From Vicugna vicugna (lineage: Eukaryota): a stretch of DNA of 64,000 nt. Position 1 is the stretch's first letter; every line of letters starts with the position of its first letter. The stretch lies in assembly GCA_013265495.1 (NCBI GenBank), contig MU058221.1:682001-746000 (forward strand), read 5' to 3'. The notes under the pieces are model-generated. The model saw nothing but the letters and a program-made list of their open reading frames with translations. It ran no database searches and had not been told where the DNA came from. Shown piece after piece: positions 1-12,133 of this stretch. A program made the translations under genes and the position numbers.

Positions 1-1094
1 ATGAAGATGGAGTGAAGCAGGGAACCACAGTAATGATGTCTTACGTGTTTACAATATAAAAATATTTACAAGACAGTTTTTATGCATTTCCTTTAATCTG
101 ATTCTCATAACACATGGCCTCTGAACATTGCAATATATCAGTTTCCTTTATTTCATTTGTGAAAATAGATGAGAAAACTCAGTGTCAGTGATAATAAAAA
201 TATTTCTGGAGGTCCCACTCGTCTTGTGACAAAGTCATAGTATGAATTTAAATTTTGAGCTCAGGAAATCATATTGCATCAAGTAATTACACTTTCCTTA
301 TATTTGAGTTATCTGTTCCTACACGCACATAAAATTGAAACCAACATCACCAATAATGGGGTAAATAAAGGAAGGATGTTGATTCAAATCTGGACGGGGT
401 GATTTTTAACCCTATGCTTCTAATTCCAGCTATAACTATTTTGAGTAAAGCAACCTCAATTAGAACATTTTTGGCAGCTCATTTACAATCAAATAATTCA
501 AATTAATTCATAATTATAAAATTATATAAATTATATTAAAAAACTTCAGTGAAAATAATCAACCATGTAGAAAAGCAGAGAAAACAAACCAGAAAAGTGT
601 CAGAACCTCAGGCAGTTTTATCATCCACAAGCCAGATGCTTCTCAGAATTTCTGCAAGACGTAAAGAAGGGGAAGGGAGACAGGAAAGGGCCGATCAATG
701 TCTCGTTCACAGTGTGTAAAGAGCGAGCCAGAGGGAAGATAAAGGGCCAAAACCTCTAAACGGTTTTCAGTGCCGACTGCCAGCTTAGCGGCCAAGGGCA
801 TCTACATTTTATAATCTGATACAATGCATTTACATTAATCTCATGACAAAAGCAGTCAGTGATATACAGAAGAACAGTTCCAAAAACTGAGACCTTTGTT
901 GTGTTGTCATCAGTTTTTTTCTCATAAGATTTTACATGAAGCTTATAACCTGAGAGCATTGCTTACGTAGCCTTAGTATTGTTTCAAAGACCACCCTCCT
1001 GCCTAAAAATTAAAGATCAAAGATTTTCAAATCCCATCCCCTTTAAACTACAGTTCCTGCATCTGCCTGAAGTGTGGAAATGTGTCCTTTTACA

Positions 1095-1700
1095 TCTATC
1101 CAGAGGGAACCCTACTTCAAAAAGACACCTGCACTACAATGTTCATAGCAGCACTATTTACAACAGCCAAGACATGGAAACAGCCTAAATGTCCATTGAC
1201 AGATGACTGAATAAAGAAGCTGTGGTATATTTATACAGTGGAATACTACTCAGCCATAAAAATGATAAAATAATGTCATTTGCAGCAACATGGATGGCCC
1301 TGGAGAATGTCATTCTAAGTGAAGTAAGACAGAAAGAGAAAAATACCGAATCACTCATATGTGGAATCTGAAAAAGACAGACAAATGAACTTATATATAA
1401 AACAGAAACAGACTCACAGACATAGAATAGACTTGTGGTTGCCAGTGGGGAGGGGTGGTGGGAAGGGATAAACTGGGAGTTTGAGATTTGCAGATACTGA
1501 GGGTATATATAAAATAGATAAACAAGTTACTGTATGGCACAGGGAAATATATTCAATATCTTGTAAGCAGCTCACAATGAAAAAGAATATGAAAATGAAT
1601 ATATGTATATTCATGTATGACTGAAAAATTGTGCTGTACACCAGAAATTGACACAATATTGTAAACTGACTGTGACTCAATTAAACAAAATAAATAAAAT
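1095..1700 (+). mobile_element. LINE-1 3' fragment (ORF2 C-terminal end plus 3'UTR), decayed
   Basis: Aligns by eye to the ORF2 end and 3'UTR of the other L1 copies in the window (AAAGACACCTGCAC..ATGTTCATAGCAGCACTATTTACAA..GGAATACTACTCAGCCATAAA); A-rich tail near 1680-1700. Confidence 0.95.
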
Positions 1701-2120
1701 TTTAGAAAACATGAAAGAAAAAAAAACTTTCTTTTTCCATTGCTGCCACATTTCTCTTTAGCACCTTTAAAAGCCAGAGATTTCTATAATGTAGAACACG
1801 GAGATTTCAGAAAATAAAACATATTTCACTAATGCTTTGATGTTTCACCTTGGTGGACACATTCTATTGTACAGCATTGGGATCACTTCAAATCTGCAAA
1901 CATTAAATCAATCATAAGTAACTTCTTTAACTCAGTTAAGCCACTTATTCAGACAGTATAAAGAATGAAGAATCTCCCTCTTTTTATCAAAGTTTTTCTT
2001 ATTCCATACAGAAAAATGAATTTAGAGAGCGTCAATTTCTCTGACAGACTAATTCAAATGAATTTAGTGATAAAAAGAGTCGCCATTAGCTGATAATACC
2101 TGATTTCATAGTGACTGATA

Positions 2121-2539
2121 AAATTTTCAATTTAAAAAACTGTACGACTTTCCCAGAGAAAAATAAGAATACTGCATGGGTGGACTTGACGCTATAGTTT
2201 TCTGCACATATATTTCTTTTCCACTAAATCTGCAAGCATGCAAAGTTTAGAGAAATGGTAAAAATTTCAATTTAAAAAATTGTACGACTTTCCCAGAGAA
2301 AAATAAGAATACTGCATGGGTGGACTTGACGCTATAGTTTTCTGCACATATATTTCTTTTCCACTAAATCTGCAAGCATGCAAAGTTTAGAGAAATGGTA
2401 AAAATTTCAATTTAAAAAATTGTACGACTTTCCCAGAGAAAAATAAGAATACTGCATGGGTGGACTTGACGCTATAGTTTTCTGCACATATATTTCTTTT
2501 CCACTAAATCTGCAAGCATGCGAAGTTTAGAGAAATGGT
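2121..2539. repeat. Tandem triplication of a 140-bp unit
   Basis: Copies at 2121-2260, 2261-2400 and 2401-2539 are identical except at three unit positions. Confidence 0.98.
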
Positions 2540-4058
2540 TTCGGTGTCTCCAGTTCTTCTGTTTACACCTGCTGTTTATTGCCAACACAATACGATGCTC
2601 AAATACCCTCTGCTCAGGGAAGACGTTGACACAGACACACGCCTGCAAGAGGGATTTCCCATCCCAGATGACGAGAGTCACAGACACGGTATATCAAATC
2701 TAATGGCACAGCTCAGACAATAAAACACATGTTCCAGGAGCACATCAGATTAGGACGGGAGCTGTTAGTGTGGAAGCGTGCAGAGCAGGATGAGCGGCAC
2801 GGTGTGTCTCTGTGGACTCTGAGCGGTTTGTTTTCGTGTTTACACCGTCTCCTTTGTATCCTGTTACCAGGAGTCTCTAAATTTGGGTTTGCAGGCTCGT
2901 TCGGGCGAGCTTTTCTTGTCGGGCTTCAATACTTTCCCACCTGCCCCTGAAGTTGTTTCTTATTTTCCCCAAATTCTTTTCATCATCACTTAGCAGAAAA
3001 GTTATTTGCAACCATGGGTAGCCTCAGTTAAAGCTCTTCCTTGGACTCAATTGAGAAAAGTGTTTTTAAAAAGAGTATTGATACGAATTGGGTGATTTGT
3101 CAGGAGGCATACAAATTAATGTGCCAAATGTGTAAATAAAATGGAAAGATTAATCTACTTAAGGCTAGAATAGATTTCTGCCTTTTTAAATTTTAATTTC
3201 AGACATTGAGGGCTTTTAAATGGAAGAGTTCCCCCTAATTTATATAATCCTTTGCACTCAATGTAAGTGATTTTTATTGGCCATTAAAAAAAAAATTGCT
3301 AGCATGCTTTGCATCCCTGCTCTATGGCTCCGCCTCTGGCCTAGAGGCCCCTCCTGGCAGGAAACCCCTTACTATATAGAATCTACCTTCCTTCCTTCCT
3401 TGTGCTTCGCGAACATGTGTAGTTGGCTGTTGCTTGAGTTGCTACTGATTTCAGCCTGGCAAATGTGTTCTGAGAACGGCTGGGCACTCCTGCAAAATGA
3501 AACTTATTTGGCAAAGCCTGAAATGATGGTGTAAAATGAACAGGGAGATAACTATGAGAACTAGTGTCAAAGCTCAGTCCAGTTGAGGACTTTAATCTAA
3601 ATTGCTATGCTGAGAATGTGGGGAGTTTAAACTCTCCGTGGCTTATCATTTTTCTTTTCTTTTTTCTTTCTTAAACTAGATATACATCAAGTTGCCAATG
3701 CCCCAAACACCCCTCCCACATTAGTCAACTCCTTTTGTAAATGTAATTCTGTTGCATTTGAATAATGGAAATGAAAGGAAAGGTCCAACTAGCTGCAGTG
3801 CTGTAACATAGAAATCAGGTGTTTAGAAAGACAAAAACAAGACAGGAGAGGAGGGAAGGACTGGTGTGAAATTAGAAGAAGATACAGAAAAGGCACCTGC
3901 AGTCGACAGTTCAGAAACAGTTTTATTTGGGAAGACAGTTGCCGCAGTTTACAAGCTGTTGGTGAACTCCCATCAGGGACTGTCTACAGTCAGAATGCAA
4001 CGAGGAAACCAAAGTTAGGAAGTAAAGGTTAACAGTCTCACAGCCAGGACTCCTAACA

Positions 4059-4268
4059 CCGTCATCCCTCAGTAAGCCCGGGGCACTGGTTCCAGGACGC
4101 GCCCCCGTACCAAAATCCAGGGGACGCTCCAGTCCCTCTTTGGGCCCTCGGTACCCTGGGGTTCCTGCATCCACGGATTCCGTCAACCAGCAGATCATGA
4201 GCACAGGACACAGTAAGAGGTTGGTTGAATCCACAAATACAGAACTCGTCAAAACAGACGGACAACTG
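4059..4268. mobile_element. MER2-like Tc1/mariner (Tigger) non-autonomous element
   Basis: Starts CCGTCATCCCTCAGTA..TGGTTCCAGGAC..TACCAAAATCC and ends GGTTGGTTGAATCCAC..CAACTG, resembling recalled MER2 termini. Confidence 0.75.
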
Positions 4269-4412
4269 TGCATCTTTGCACATTACACATATATTAGGAT
4301 ATTTATATCTGTGTGTATATGTGTGTCTGTAAGTCGTGTGCATCTGTCTATGTAAGTGCAAAGCGTAACGCCACTTGAAAATAAGCATCGTTCACTAAGA
4401 AATGAGAACTTA

Positions 4413-4681
4413 GAAGAAATGAGAATACAGACTTGTGGTTACCAGGGGGGTGGAGGGTGGGAAGGGATAGACTGGGATTTCAAAATTGTAGAATAGATAA
4501 ACAAGATTACACTGTATAGCACAGGGAAATATACACAAAATGTTATGGTAAATCACAGAGAAAAAAATGTGACAATGAGTGTGTATATGTCCATGAATGA
4601 CTGAAAAATTGTGCTGAACACTGGAATTTGACACAACATTGTAAAATGATTATCAATCAATAAAAAATGTTAAAAAAAAAC
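4413..4681 (+). mobile_element. Young LINE-1 3'UTR-only insertion with 13-bp TSD
   Basis: About 5 differences in ~255 bp versus the 3' end of the L1 at 10205-12133; TSD AAATGAGAACTTA at 4400-4412 and 4682-4694; short A tail. Confidence 0.97.
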
Positions 4682-4724
4682 AAATGAGAACTTAAAATGA
4701 ACATCAGCTTCGGGATCATTTTTC

Positions 4725-4800
4725 ATTTATTTTACTTTGTACTGAAGTGTAGTTGATCTACCGTGTTGTGCTAGTTTTGGTGTACAGCACAGTGATTCTG
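4725..4800 (-). mobile_element. Short older L1 3' terminal fragment
   Basis: GAAGTGTAGTTGAT..GTGTACAGCACAGTGATTC resembles the 3' terminus of the L1 at ~51630-51690. Confidence 0.65.
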
Positions 4801-5399
4801 GATCCTTGCTATAAATATACATCCAGTCAATGGGTCAGCCTCTCCGTGATCAACCCCCTGCTGCCCAGCAGGCTCACAGGTTTGCAATGCAATGTTTTAT
4901 TACAAGGATGTTGAAACCTTCCTTCTGTGATCAAACAAACTTTTATTACCTAAAAAAGGACCAGAAAGGAAAAGGGGAGAAAAGAAAGAAATAATAAAAT
5001 GAGGAGATTATGTCTAAGCTTGCCAGGTGACCTGTGGGGGGCTGTGCTCTTCTTTGTGTATTTTGAAGAACAGAGAAAAATGCAAAAAGGAAAGGGAATT
5101 GGGGTCTTCCGTCGTCACTGTGAGTCAGCGTGATAACCCCTTAGGAGAACTTTCTTTCCAGTGTTGCTCACGCGCCCCAGCCACTGCGCTCAGCCCCGTT
5201 AGTTAGGGCTCAAATTCTGTATGTAGCAAAGTAGCTGCTCTTTTTTTCTGTGCTAAATAGATGCCATTCAAGAAGCAGCTGGGAAAGGTAACAGAGAACA
5301 AGCTAACTAAGAATAAATACAAATTTCCAGCCTCGCTTAGAGAAAGAGACAGCCCCAAAGGCTACACTGACTGTCTTCATCGTGCCCATAACGACTGTG

Positions 5400-5710
5400 A
5401 ATGAGTCTGAACGAGCTCCCGGGCGACCCCAAGGCGACCCCAAGGGGAGAGCTGGAAGGGGCGCGAGGGGGGGGGCAGGCAGAAGGCGACCAGGCAGGCG
5501 GCCCCCGGCGCTCACCCGGGAGGCGAGCGGCCCCTAAGGCGCGTCTGTCTCCACCGCGTCCCACTCAGAAGCGTTCACAGGCTTCCTTCCCACAGAGAGT
5601 TCCCCTCAGCAGCTTAAAGGCTTCCAGAGAAACCTGATACGCCAGAAACCAATTTCCTTAATGAAAATTCAAACAGGTTGTTGCATGCGTCCTGACTACG
5701 CGGTTTCCAC
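5400..5710. promoter_or_regulatory. Small GC/CpG-rich patch (possible regulatory element)
   Basis: High GC and CpG density relative to AT-rich flanks; not obviously repeat-derived; function not established. Confidence 0.3.
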
Positions 5711-5860
5711 GTGTTTCACAGATCAGATACGTTTCGCAAGTTTTATTTCCCGTCCACCATTGAACACATGCTCTTTCCTTATAGGAAGACAGACCCTGTG
5801 AGCGTCCGGCTCCTTTTTAACAGGCCACAGAGTCTGTCAAATTAATGAACGTTCTAGACA

Positions 5861-6157
5861 AATGCTGTTCCATACACATATAATGGGAAACGTACATGCG
5901 AGGGACATATGGAAATTTAAATTTTCTAGAAGCCATATTGAACTTTTTTTAAAAAAAATTAAAACCAGATTTTACTTAAGCAGATATACCTAAAATATTT
6001 TATCTCAGCATGTAATTACTAAAAAATTATTTAGACTTTTTTTCCATATGGAGATTTTTGAACTCCAGTGTGTCTTTCTTTCCCTTACGGCACATCTCTC
6101 TTCAGACTGCAGATTTCAGGTGCTCACTAGCCTTGTGGGTCTAGAGGCTACAATACT
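5861..6157. mobile_element. MER33-like hAT-Charlie MITE
   Basis: ATGCGAGGGACATATGGAAATTTAAATTTTCTAGAAGCCATATT ... CTTACGGCACATCTC..ATTTCAGGTGCTCACTAGCC matches the recalled MER33 layout. Confidence 0.8.
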
Positions 6158-6214
6158 TACTACTTATTAATGAAACTCTTGATTCTAGGCTCAAAAAAAC
6201 ATGGTGTGAAACTA

Positions 6215-6438
6215 CAGTTGACCCTTAAACAACAGGGGTTTAGGGGAGCCGGGCTGGGGCGCCGACCTTCTGTGCCGTTAAATCGTGCGTAATTTGTAGC
6301 TGAGTCTCTGTAGACGAGCATCTGCGCGTTCAAGCCACCGTGGATCACGTGGCGCTGAATTATGCATTTAGTGGGAAAAGTCAATTATAAGTGAACCATG
6401 CAGCGCAGTTCAAACCAGTGTTGTTCAAGGTTCAACTG
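6215..6438. mobile_element. Tigger2-derived MITE (MER8/Tigger2a-like) with TIRs and TA TSD
   Basis: Left TIR CAGTTGACCCTTAAACAACA, right TIR (reverse complement) CAGTTGAACCTTGAACAACA, 18/20 match; TA at 6213-6214 and 6439-6440. Confidence 0.92.
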
Positions 6439-7329
6439 TATATGAGTATACATATAGACATCTATTTACATAGATCTTTATACGTATATTTTCTCCTGTG
6501 TAACCAAGAATATACAAGAAACCAGTATAATGGTTATCTCTTAACAACTGAGTGGCTCAGGAATAGAGGTGGCTGGATACGATTTTCATCTATTAAACTG
6601 CATACCATTTTTTATGTTTTTCAAAAATAAATTAAAATCATATTTTTAAGTCAGATCACTGTGTTTCTCCCCCAGCTGCTATATCCTCTTCCATTGCCTC
6701 AATCCTTCTTTTTGAGGAGTTTTTTCTCCATCATCTTCCTAAAATGAGTTTTTCTTTTTGTCTCCCCTTCCATTCATTCAACAAGTTGAATACATTTACA
6801 CCCTATAAAAAGCCTCTATAATGGAAAGCAGATTGGAATTCCCTTAGGCGTTGTAAGTTTAGAAACAAGAAGGGTTTTTTTTTTGTTTTTTTTTTTTTGT
6901 TTTTTTTTGTATTTCACTTAATTTTCTTATCTGGCTTTATGAAATCATTTTGTATGAAGGCTTTCTATCCTACTCACTGTTTTCGTCCCTTCTGGTTCAT
7001 TAGTTTAATTTTTTAGAACAGGAAGACATTTATCTCAGTAATGTTTTCCGTGAGTCTTACCCAATTGGGTATCGTAAAGGGATAAGCATGTAGACAAGAT
7101 GGATGAAACATTTAACCAGCATTTGGAAAATGTGAAGAAGACATTTAGAAATTAGATGTAACTCTAGTGTCTCTGCTTAAATTCCTTAATTGATATGCTG
7201 GCTTCATGCCACCTCATTCAGCTCTACTCCCTTGGTGACTTCTCAGAGGCATTCACAAAGGGTGTGTAATTTGGGCTCATACAGAAGCCTAACTGATGTC
7301 CATATGGACCTCGGGTGGAATTGCCATTT

Positions 7330-7575
7330 GATCCCACCAGAGGCCAGAGACCATGGTGTTAAGAGCACTTAACGTGCTTACGCTGGAGGCTCATTGCCAA
7401 GGTTCACCACACACTTAATGTGGAACCTCGGACGTACATCTTCACTTGTTGTATCTTAGTTTATTCATTCATCAAATACATATGGCAATTATGCAGCAGG
7501 GAATTGCTGTGTGAATTAAATGAGCTAACACATATAATAATGGGTGAGTAACCACTCAGTAAGTGCCAATTATTC
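7330..7575 (+). mobile_element. MIR SINE relic
   Basis: GGTGTTAAGAGCAC start and TTGCTGTGTGAATTAAATGAGCTAACACAT core resemble MIR. Confidence 0.6.
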
Positions 7576-9075
7576 ATCACTCTCTGCTATTCAACATCCA
7601 GGCTTCTTTTTTGATATTTACTGTAAGATTTCAAATTTGCTCCGAGGTGACTCCTTAACACCTTCAATGCTCACAGAGGACCGAGGACCTCCTCCCCAGA
7701 AGCAGCAATGCTGAGCCTTATGGGAAAGAGGTGCGGAAGGTTAGTATGCTGTGACCATGTTGTCTGCGGATGTGGGGAGAATGCCTCCCTGCCCACCTTT
7801 TCTGTGATAGTTTGTCACGGACTTACAAGTAAGGCTGCCTTGCTTCCTCAGTACCTAGTCTTCAGTGAAGTTAATTCTATGAGTATTTTGCACAGCTCCT
7901 AAGTTTAAAAATCTAAGAAATACTAACCCATGTAATTTAATACAAAAAATAAATTGAGTCATTTTCTCTCTCTTTAAAAGCCAAGTCAAATGCATTTTTT
8001 AATAATGAAAAGGAATACAGAATTCTGTTATTATGTCTCAATTTAAAGAGCCACATGCCTTATTTGAAAAGCTGAATTTTCACTTCATTATGAGGCATAT
8101 TTTTATATTAATTTTCCAGGTGGAATATTCCTTTGAGCAAAAAGAGCATTTTGGGGGTTAATGGACTCTGGTCTCATTAAAACTAAAAGTTATGAACGCT
8201 TTTAGATTTCACCTAGGGGAAAACACAGCAAATGCAAACTGTCAACTCATATATATGCATTCTCAAATCTCAATCAGGCACGGTGAAGTCTTGTCAGGAA
8301 AAATAATTATTCCCTTGATTTAAAGAGTGCATATTTTTCTGTCTCTAGTTACAAAGGAAACATTTCATTATTAAAAGCTCATGGTTCACAGCTGACATCT
8401 AGTTTAATTCATCACACCAAATATGTTGTAAGCTACTATGCTTAAGAAAAAGTCTTAGAACTTTCAGAATTGTTTCACAGGAGGTTAAAATAAATTACTA
8501 TTATTCTTGGTGTTTTTCAATCATAAACTTTCCAATTACTAAAAATCTGATCAATATCAATCAACATGAAATGTGAAGGATTATAAGATACTGGAATTGG
8601 CGTCCTGAATTGGCTTTATGAAGACTTGTTTCCGTTCCTGGCACTCCCAGTAAAGTTGTGATGTTAGCAGCACTATTTAGCTTCCCTCTGTTTTTTAGTT
8701 TTCATTTCTAACAACTATAGACTTTGGCTAAATATGCTTCATGGTCCACCCTAGAGGCAAACCATTTTCAGTGTTCTTTCTTTTCCTAGTCAACCTCCTG
8801 TGCCCTTGATACGGCAATAACAAGACTTTTACAAATTGCAGTTGAACAATTAAAACAATGGCCAACCTAAACAGTCATGAAATAATTCTAAATAAAATTG
8901 CATTTCATAAATCCTGAGTTTTGACAATGCAACTGGTGATTGGGAAAACAGGCACTTTCTTAAACAGCTGAAGCAAGTGTACATCTTAGTAAAAACTTTG
9001 TGGGTGGTAATTTGCCAAAATGCATTAAAATGAATAAAATTAGCCATTTAACTCAACTCTATCGCTTCTCAGAAT

Positions 9076-9514
9076 TTACAGAGACCAACTCCATTTTGGA
9101 GATCTGCCGCTAGTTTGGGGCAAGCCCAGCAGGCTGCAAGTAACAACCTCCACCTTCTGCAAATCCGGCCAATCAGCACTCACCCTTCGGCATAGCTCAT
9201 CTGCATAACAACTTCCGCCTCCCAGACCTGAGCGAGGACTAGTGGCGGGAACGTTCATCCACGCCCCTCTCTCCTTCAGACACGCCCCTTTCACTTTCAG
9301 CATACCAACCAATCAGAACTTGCCTCTCAGTACTCCTCATTTGCATAAGAACGCACCAATCAGCTCAGACCTTCAGGCATAAAAGAACCCATCTGCACAC
9401 AGAGCGTGGGCTCTAGTCTAGCTGGCGACCTTTTGCAGGTTTCGGAAGTAAAACTGGCCTCTGCCGTTGAGTGCCAATCTCGCTTTTCTTTCTCTCCCAT
9501 TCCAGCAAATTACA
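9076..9514 (+). mobile_element. Solo ERV LTR nested in an ancient L1 fragment
   Basis: U3-like CCAAT boxes (9169, 9309, 9356), octamer ATTTGCAT (9339-9346), TATA-like CATAAAA (9378), AGTAAA (9447), terminal ..TTACA at 9514; degraded L1 ORF2-like sequence on both sides. The 5' end and TSD are not clear. Confidence 0.7.
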
Positions 9515-10204
9515 CTTAAGAATATTTAGCATATAGCTGTTCATGATAAGAAAAAAAACAAAATATGTAAACAAATATTAAAGAATAGGAGGTTAGTTAT
9601 GTGACTGTTAATGGGACCCTGTACAGGGCAATACCAGTCAGGGACTTGGGCTTTGAAGTCAGGGAACCCGTTTCATTTCAAGACTGAAATTTCCTAGGAA
9701 AATTTTCTTATGAAAAATTCTAAGCACTGTAAAGCTCAGTTTCTGACTCTTTAAAATGGGGAAAAGAATGGTATCTTCATCACAGTATTGTTGCGAGAAG
9801 TAAGTAAGATATGATTTATACTCAGCTTTGGACTATTAGCTCTCAATTTTAGTATAAATCTACATAATGGGTTTTCCTAGGTAACCACTAGCAATGCTGA
9901 TGAAAAGTTAAGTCAACTGACATGGGAGATAATTCTTAATTACCTGCTGACTTAAAAAATAAATTAAAAGTTACATAGCAGCAGAATGGAATAAAAGTAA
10001 AATTCTATTTTAATTATAAATGGGAAGGAGAATGAAAAAGTCTGCATATAAATTTTATTTGTATATTCTGGCTCTTCTATAATATTCACACATTATTGTT
10101 TAATTTTTAGAAAAAAAATTACTCTTCGTTAAGTTGTATATAAGCCAACTTTTAATTATACTTAATTACAATGAAATGAATAAAAGGTGAAGTATATGTT
10201 TTCT

Positions 10205-12133
10205 TTTTTTTAACATTTTTTATTGATTTATAATCATTTTACAATGTTGTGTCAAATTCCAGTGTTCAGCACAATTTTTTAGTCATTCATGGACATATAC
10301 ACACTCATTGTCACATTTTTTTCTCTGTGATTTATCATAACATTTTGTGTATATTTCCCTGTGCTATACAGTGTAATCTTGTTTATCTATTCTACAATTT
10401 TGAAATCCCAGTCTATCCCTTCCCACCCTCTACCTCCCTGGTAACCACAAGTCTGTATTCTCTGTCCATGAGTCTATTTCTGTCCTGTATTTATGCTTTG
10501 TTTTTGTTTGTTTGTTTGTTTTTGTTTTTGTTTTTTAGATTCCACATATGAGCGATCTCATATGGTATTTTTCTTTCTCTTTCTGGCTTACTTCACTTAG
10601 AATGACATTCTCTAGGAGCATCCATGTTGCTGCAAATGGCATTATGTTGTCGGTTTTTATGGCTGAGTAGTATTCCATTGCATAAATATACCACCACTTC
10701 TTTATCCAGTCACCTGTTGATGGACATTTAGGCTGTTTCCATGTTTTGGCTATTGTAAATAGTGCTGCTATGAACATTGGGGTGCAGGTGTCATCTTGAA
10801 GTAGATTTCCTTCTGGATACAAGCCCAGGAGTGGGATTCCTGGGTCATATGGTAAGTCTATTCCTAGTCTTTTGAGGAATCTCCACACTGTTTTCCATAG
10901 TGGCTGCACCAAACTGCATTCCCACCAGCAGTGTAGGAGGGTTCCCCTTTCTCCACAGCCTCTCCAGCATTTGTCATTTTTGGATTTTTGAATGACGGCC
11001 ATTCTGACTGGTGTGAGGTGATACCTCATTGTAGTTTTGATTTGCATTTCTCTGATAATTAGTGATATTGAACATTTTTTCATGTGCTTTTTGATCATTT
11101 GTATGTCTTCCTTGGAGAATTGCTTGTTTAGGTCTTCTGCCCATTTTTGGATTGGGTTGTTTATTTTTTTCTTATTGAGTCGTATGAGCTGCTTATATAT
11201 TTTGGAGATCAAGCCTTTGTCGGTTTCACTTGCAAAAATTTTCTCCCATTCCGTAGGTTTTCTTCTTGTTTTATTTCTGGTTTCCTTTGCTCTGCAGAAG
11301 CTTGTAAGTTTCATTAGGTCCCATTTGTTTATTCTTGCTTTTATTTCTTCTAGGAGAAAATTTTTGAAATGTATGTCAGATAATGTTTTGCCTATGTTTT
11401 CCTCTAGGAGGTTTATTGTATCTTGTCTTATGTTTAAGTCTTTAATCCATTTTGAGTTGATTTTTGTATATGGTGTAAGGGTGTGTTCTAGCTTCATTGT
11501 TTTACATGCTGCTGTCCAGTTTTCCCAACACCATTTGCTGAAGAGACTGTCTTTATTCCATTGTATATTCTTGCCTCCTTTGTCGAAGATGAGTTGACCA
11601 AAAGTTTGTGGGTTCATTTCTGGGCTCTCTATTCTGTTCCATTGGTCTATATGTCTGTTTTGGTACCAATACCATGCTGTCTTGATGACTGTAGCTCTAT
11701 AGTATTGTCTGAAGTCTGGGAGAGTTATTCCTCCAGCCTCTTTCTTTCTCTTCAGTAATGCTTTAGCAATTCTAGGTCTTTGATGGTTCCATATAAATTT
11801 TATTATGATTTGTTCTAGTTCTGTGAAATATGTCCTGGGTAATTGGATAGGGATTGCATTAAATCTGTAGATTGCCTTGGGCAGTGTGACCATTTTAACA
11901 ATATTGATTCTTCCAATCCAAGAGCATGGAATATCTTTCCATTTTTTAAAGTCTTCTTTAATTTCCTTCATCAATGGTTTATAGTTTTCTGTGTATAATT
12001 CTTTCACCTCCTTGGTTAGATTTATTCCCAGATATTTTATTACTTTGGGTGCTATTTTAAAGGGGATTGTTTCTTTACTTTCTTTTTCTGCTGATTTATC
12101 TTTAGTGTAAAGAAATGCAACTGATTTTTGAAC
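10205..12133 (-). mobile_element. Young 5'-truncated LINE-1 with 11-bp TSD
   Basis: TSD ATATGTTTTCT at 10194-10204 and 12134-12144; endonuclease-like site TTCT/AA; polyA signal and short tail at the left end. Confidence 0.98.
10535..12133 (-). pseudogene. L1 ORF2p C-terminal part (late RT region through CCHC zinc-knuckle C-terminus); frame open but N-terminally truncated
   Basis: 490-aa ORF with [28 protein letters not shown] and [18 protein letters not shown]. The frame stays open for a further 42 codons ([20 protein letters not shown]) up to the truncation point. Lacks the endonuclease and the RT catalytic core. Confidence 0.95.

Noticed and set aside
2121..2539. CRISPR-like array
   Set aside because: Long head-to-tail units without spacers, no cas genes, mammalian context.
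11037..11597. 186-aa plus-strand ORF
   Set aside because: Antisense shadow of L1 ORF2.
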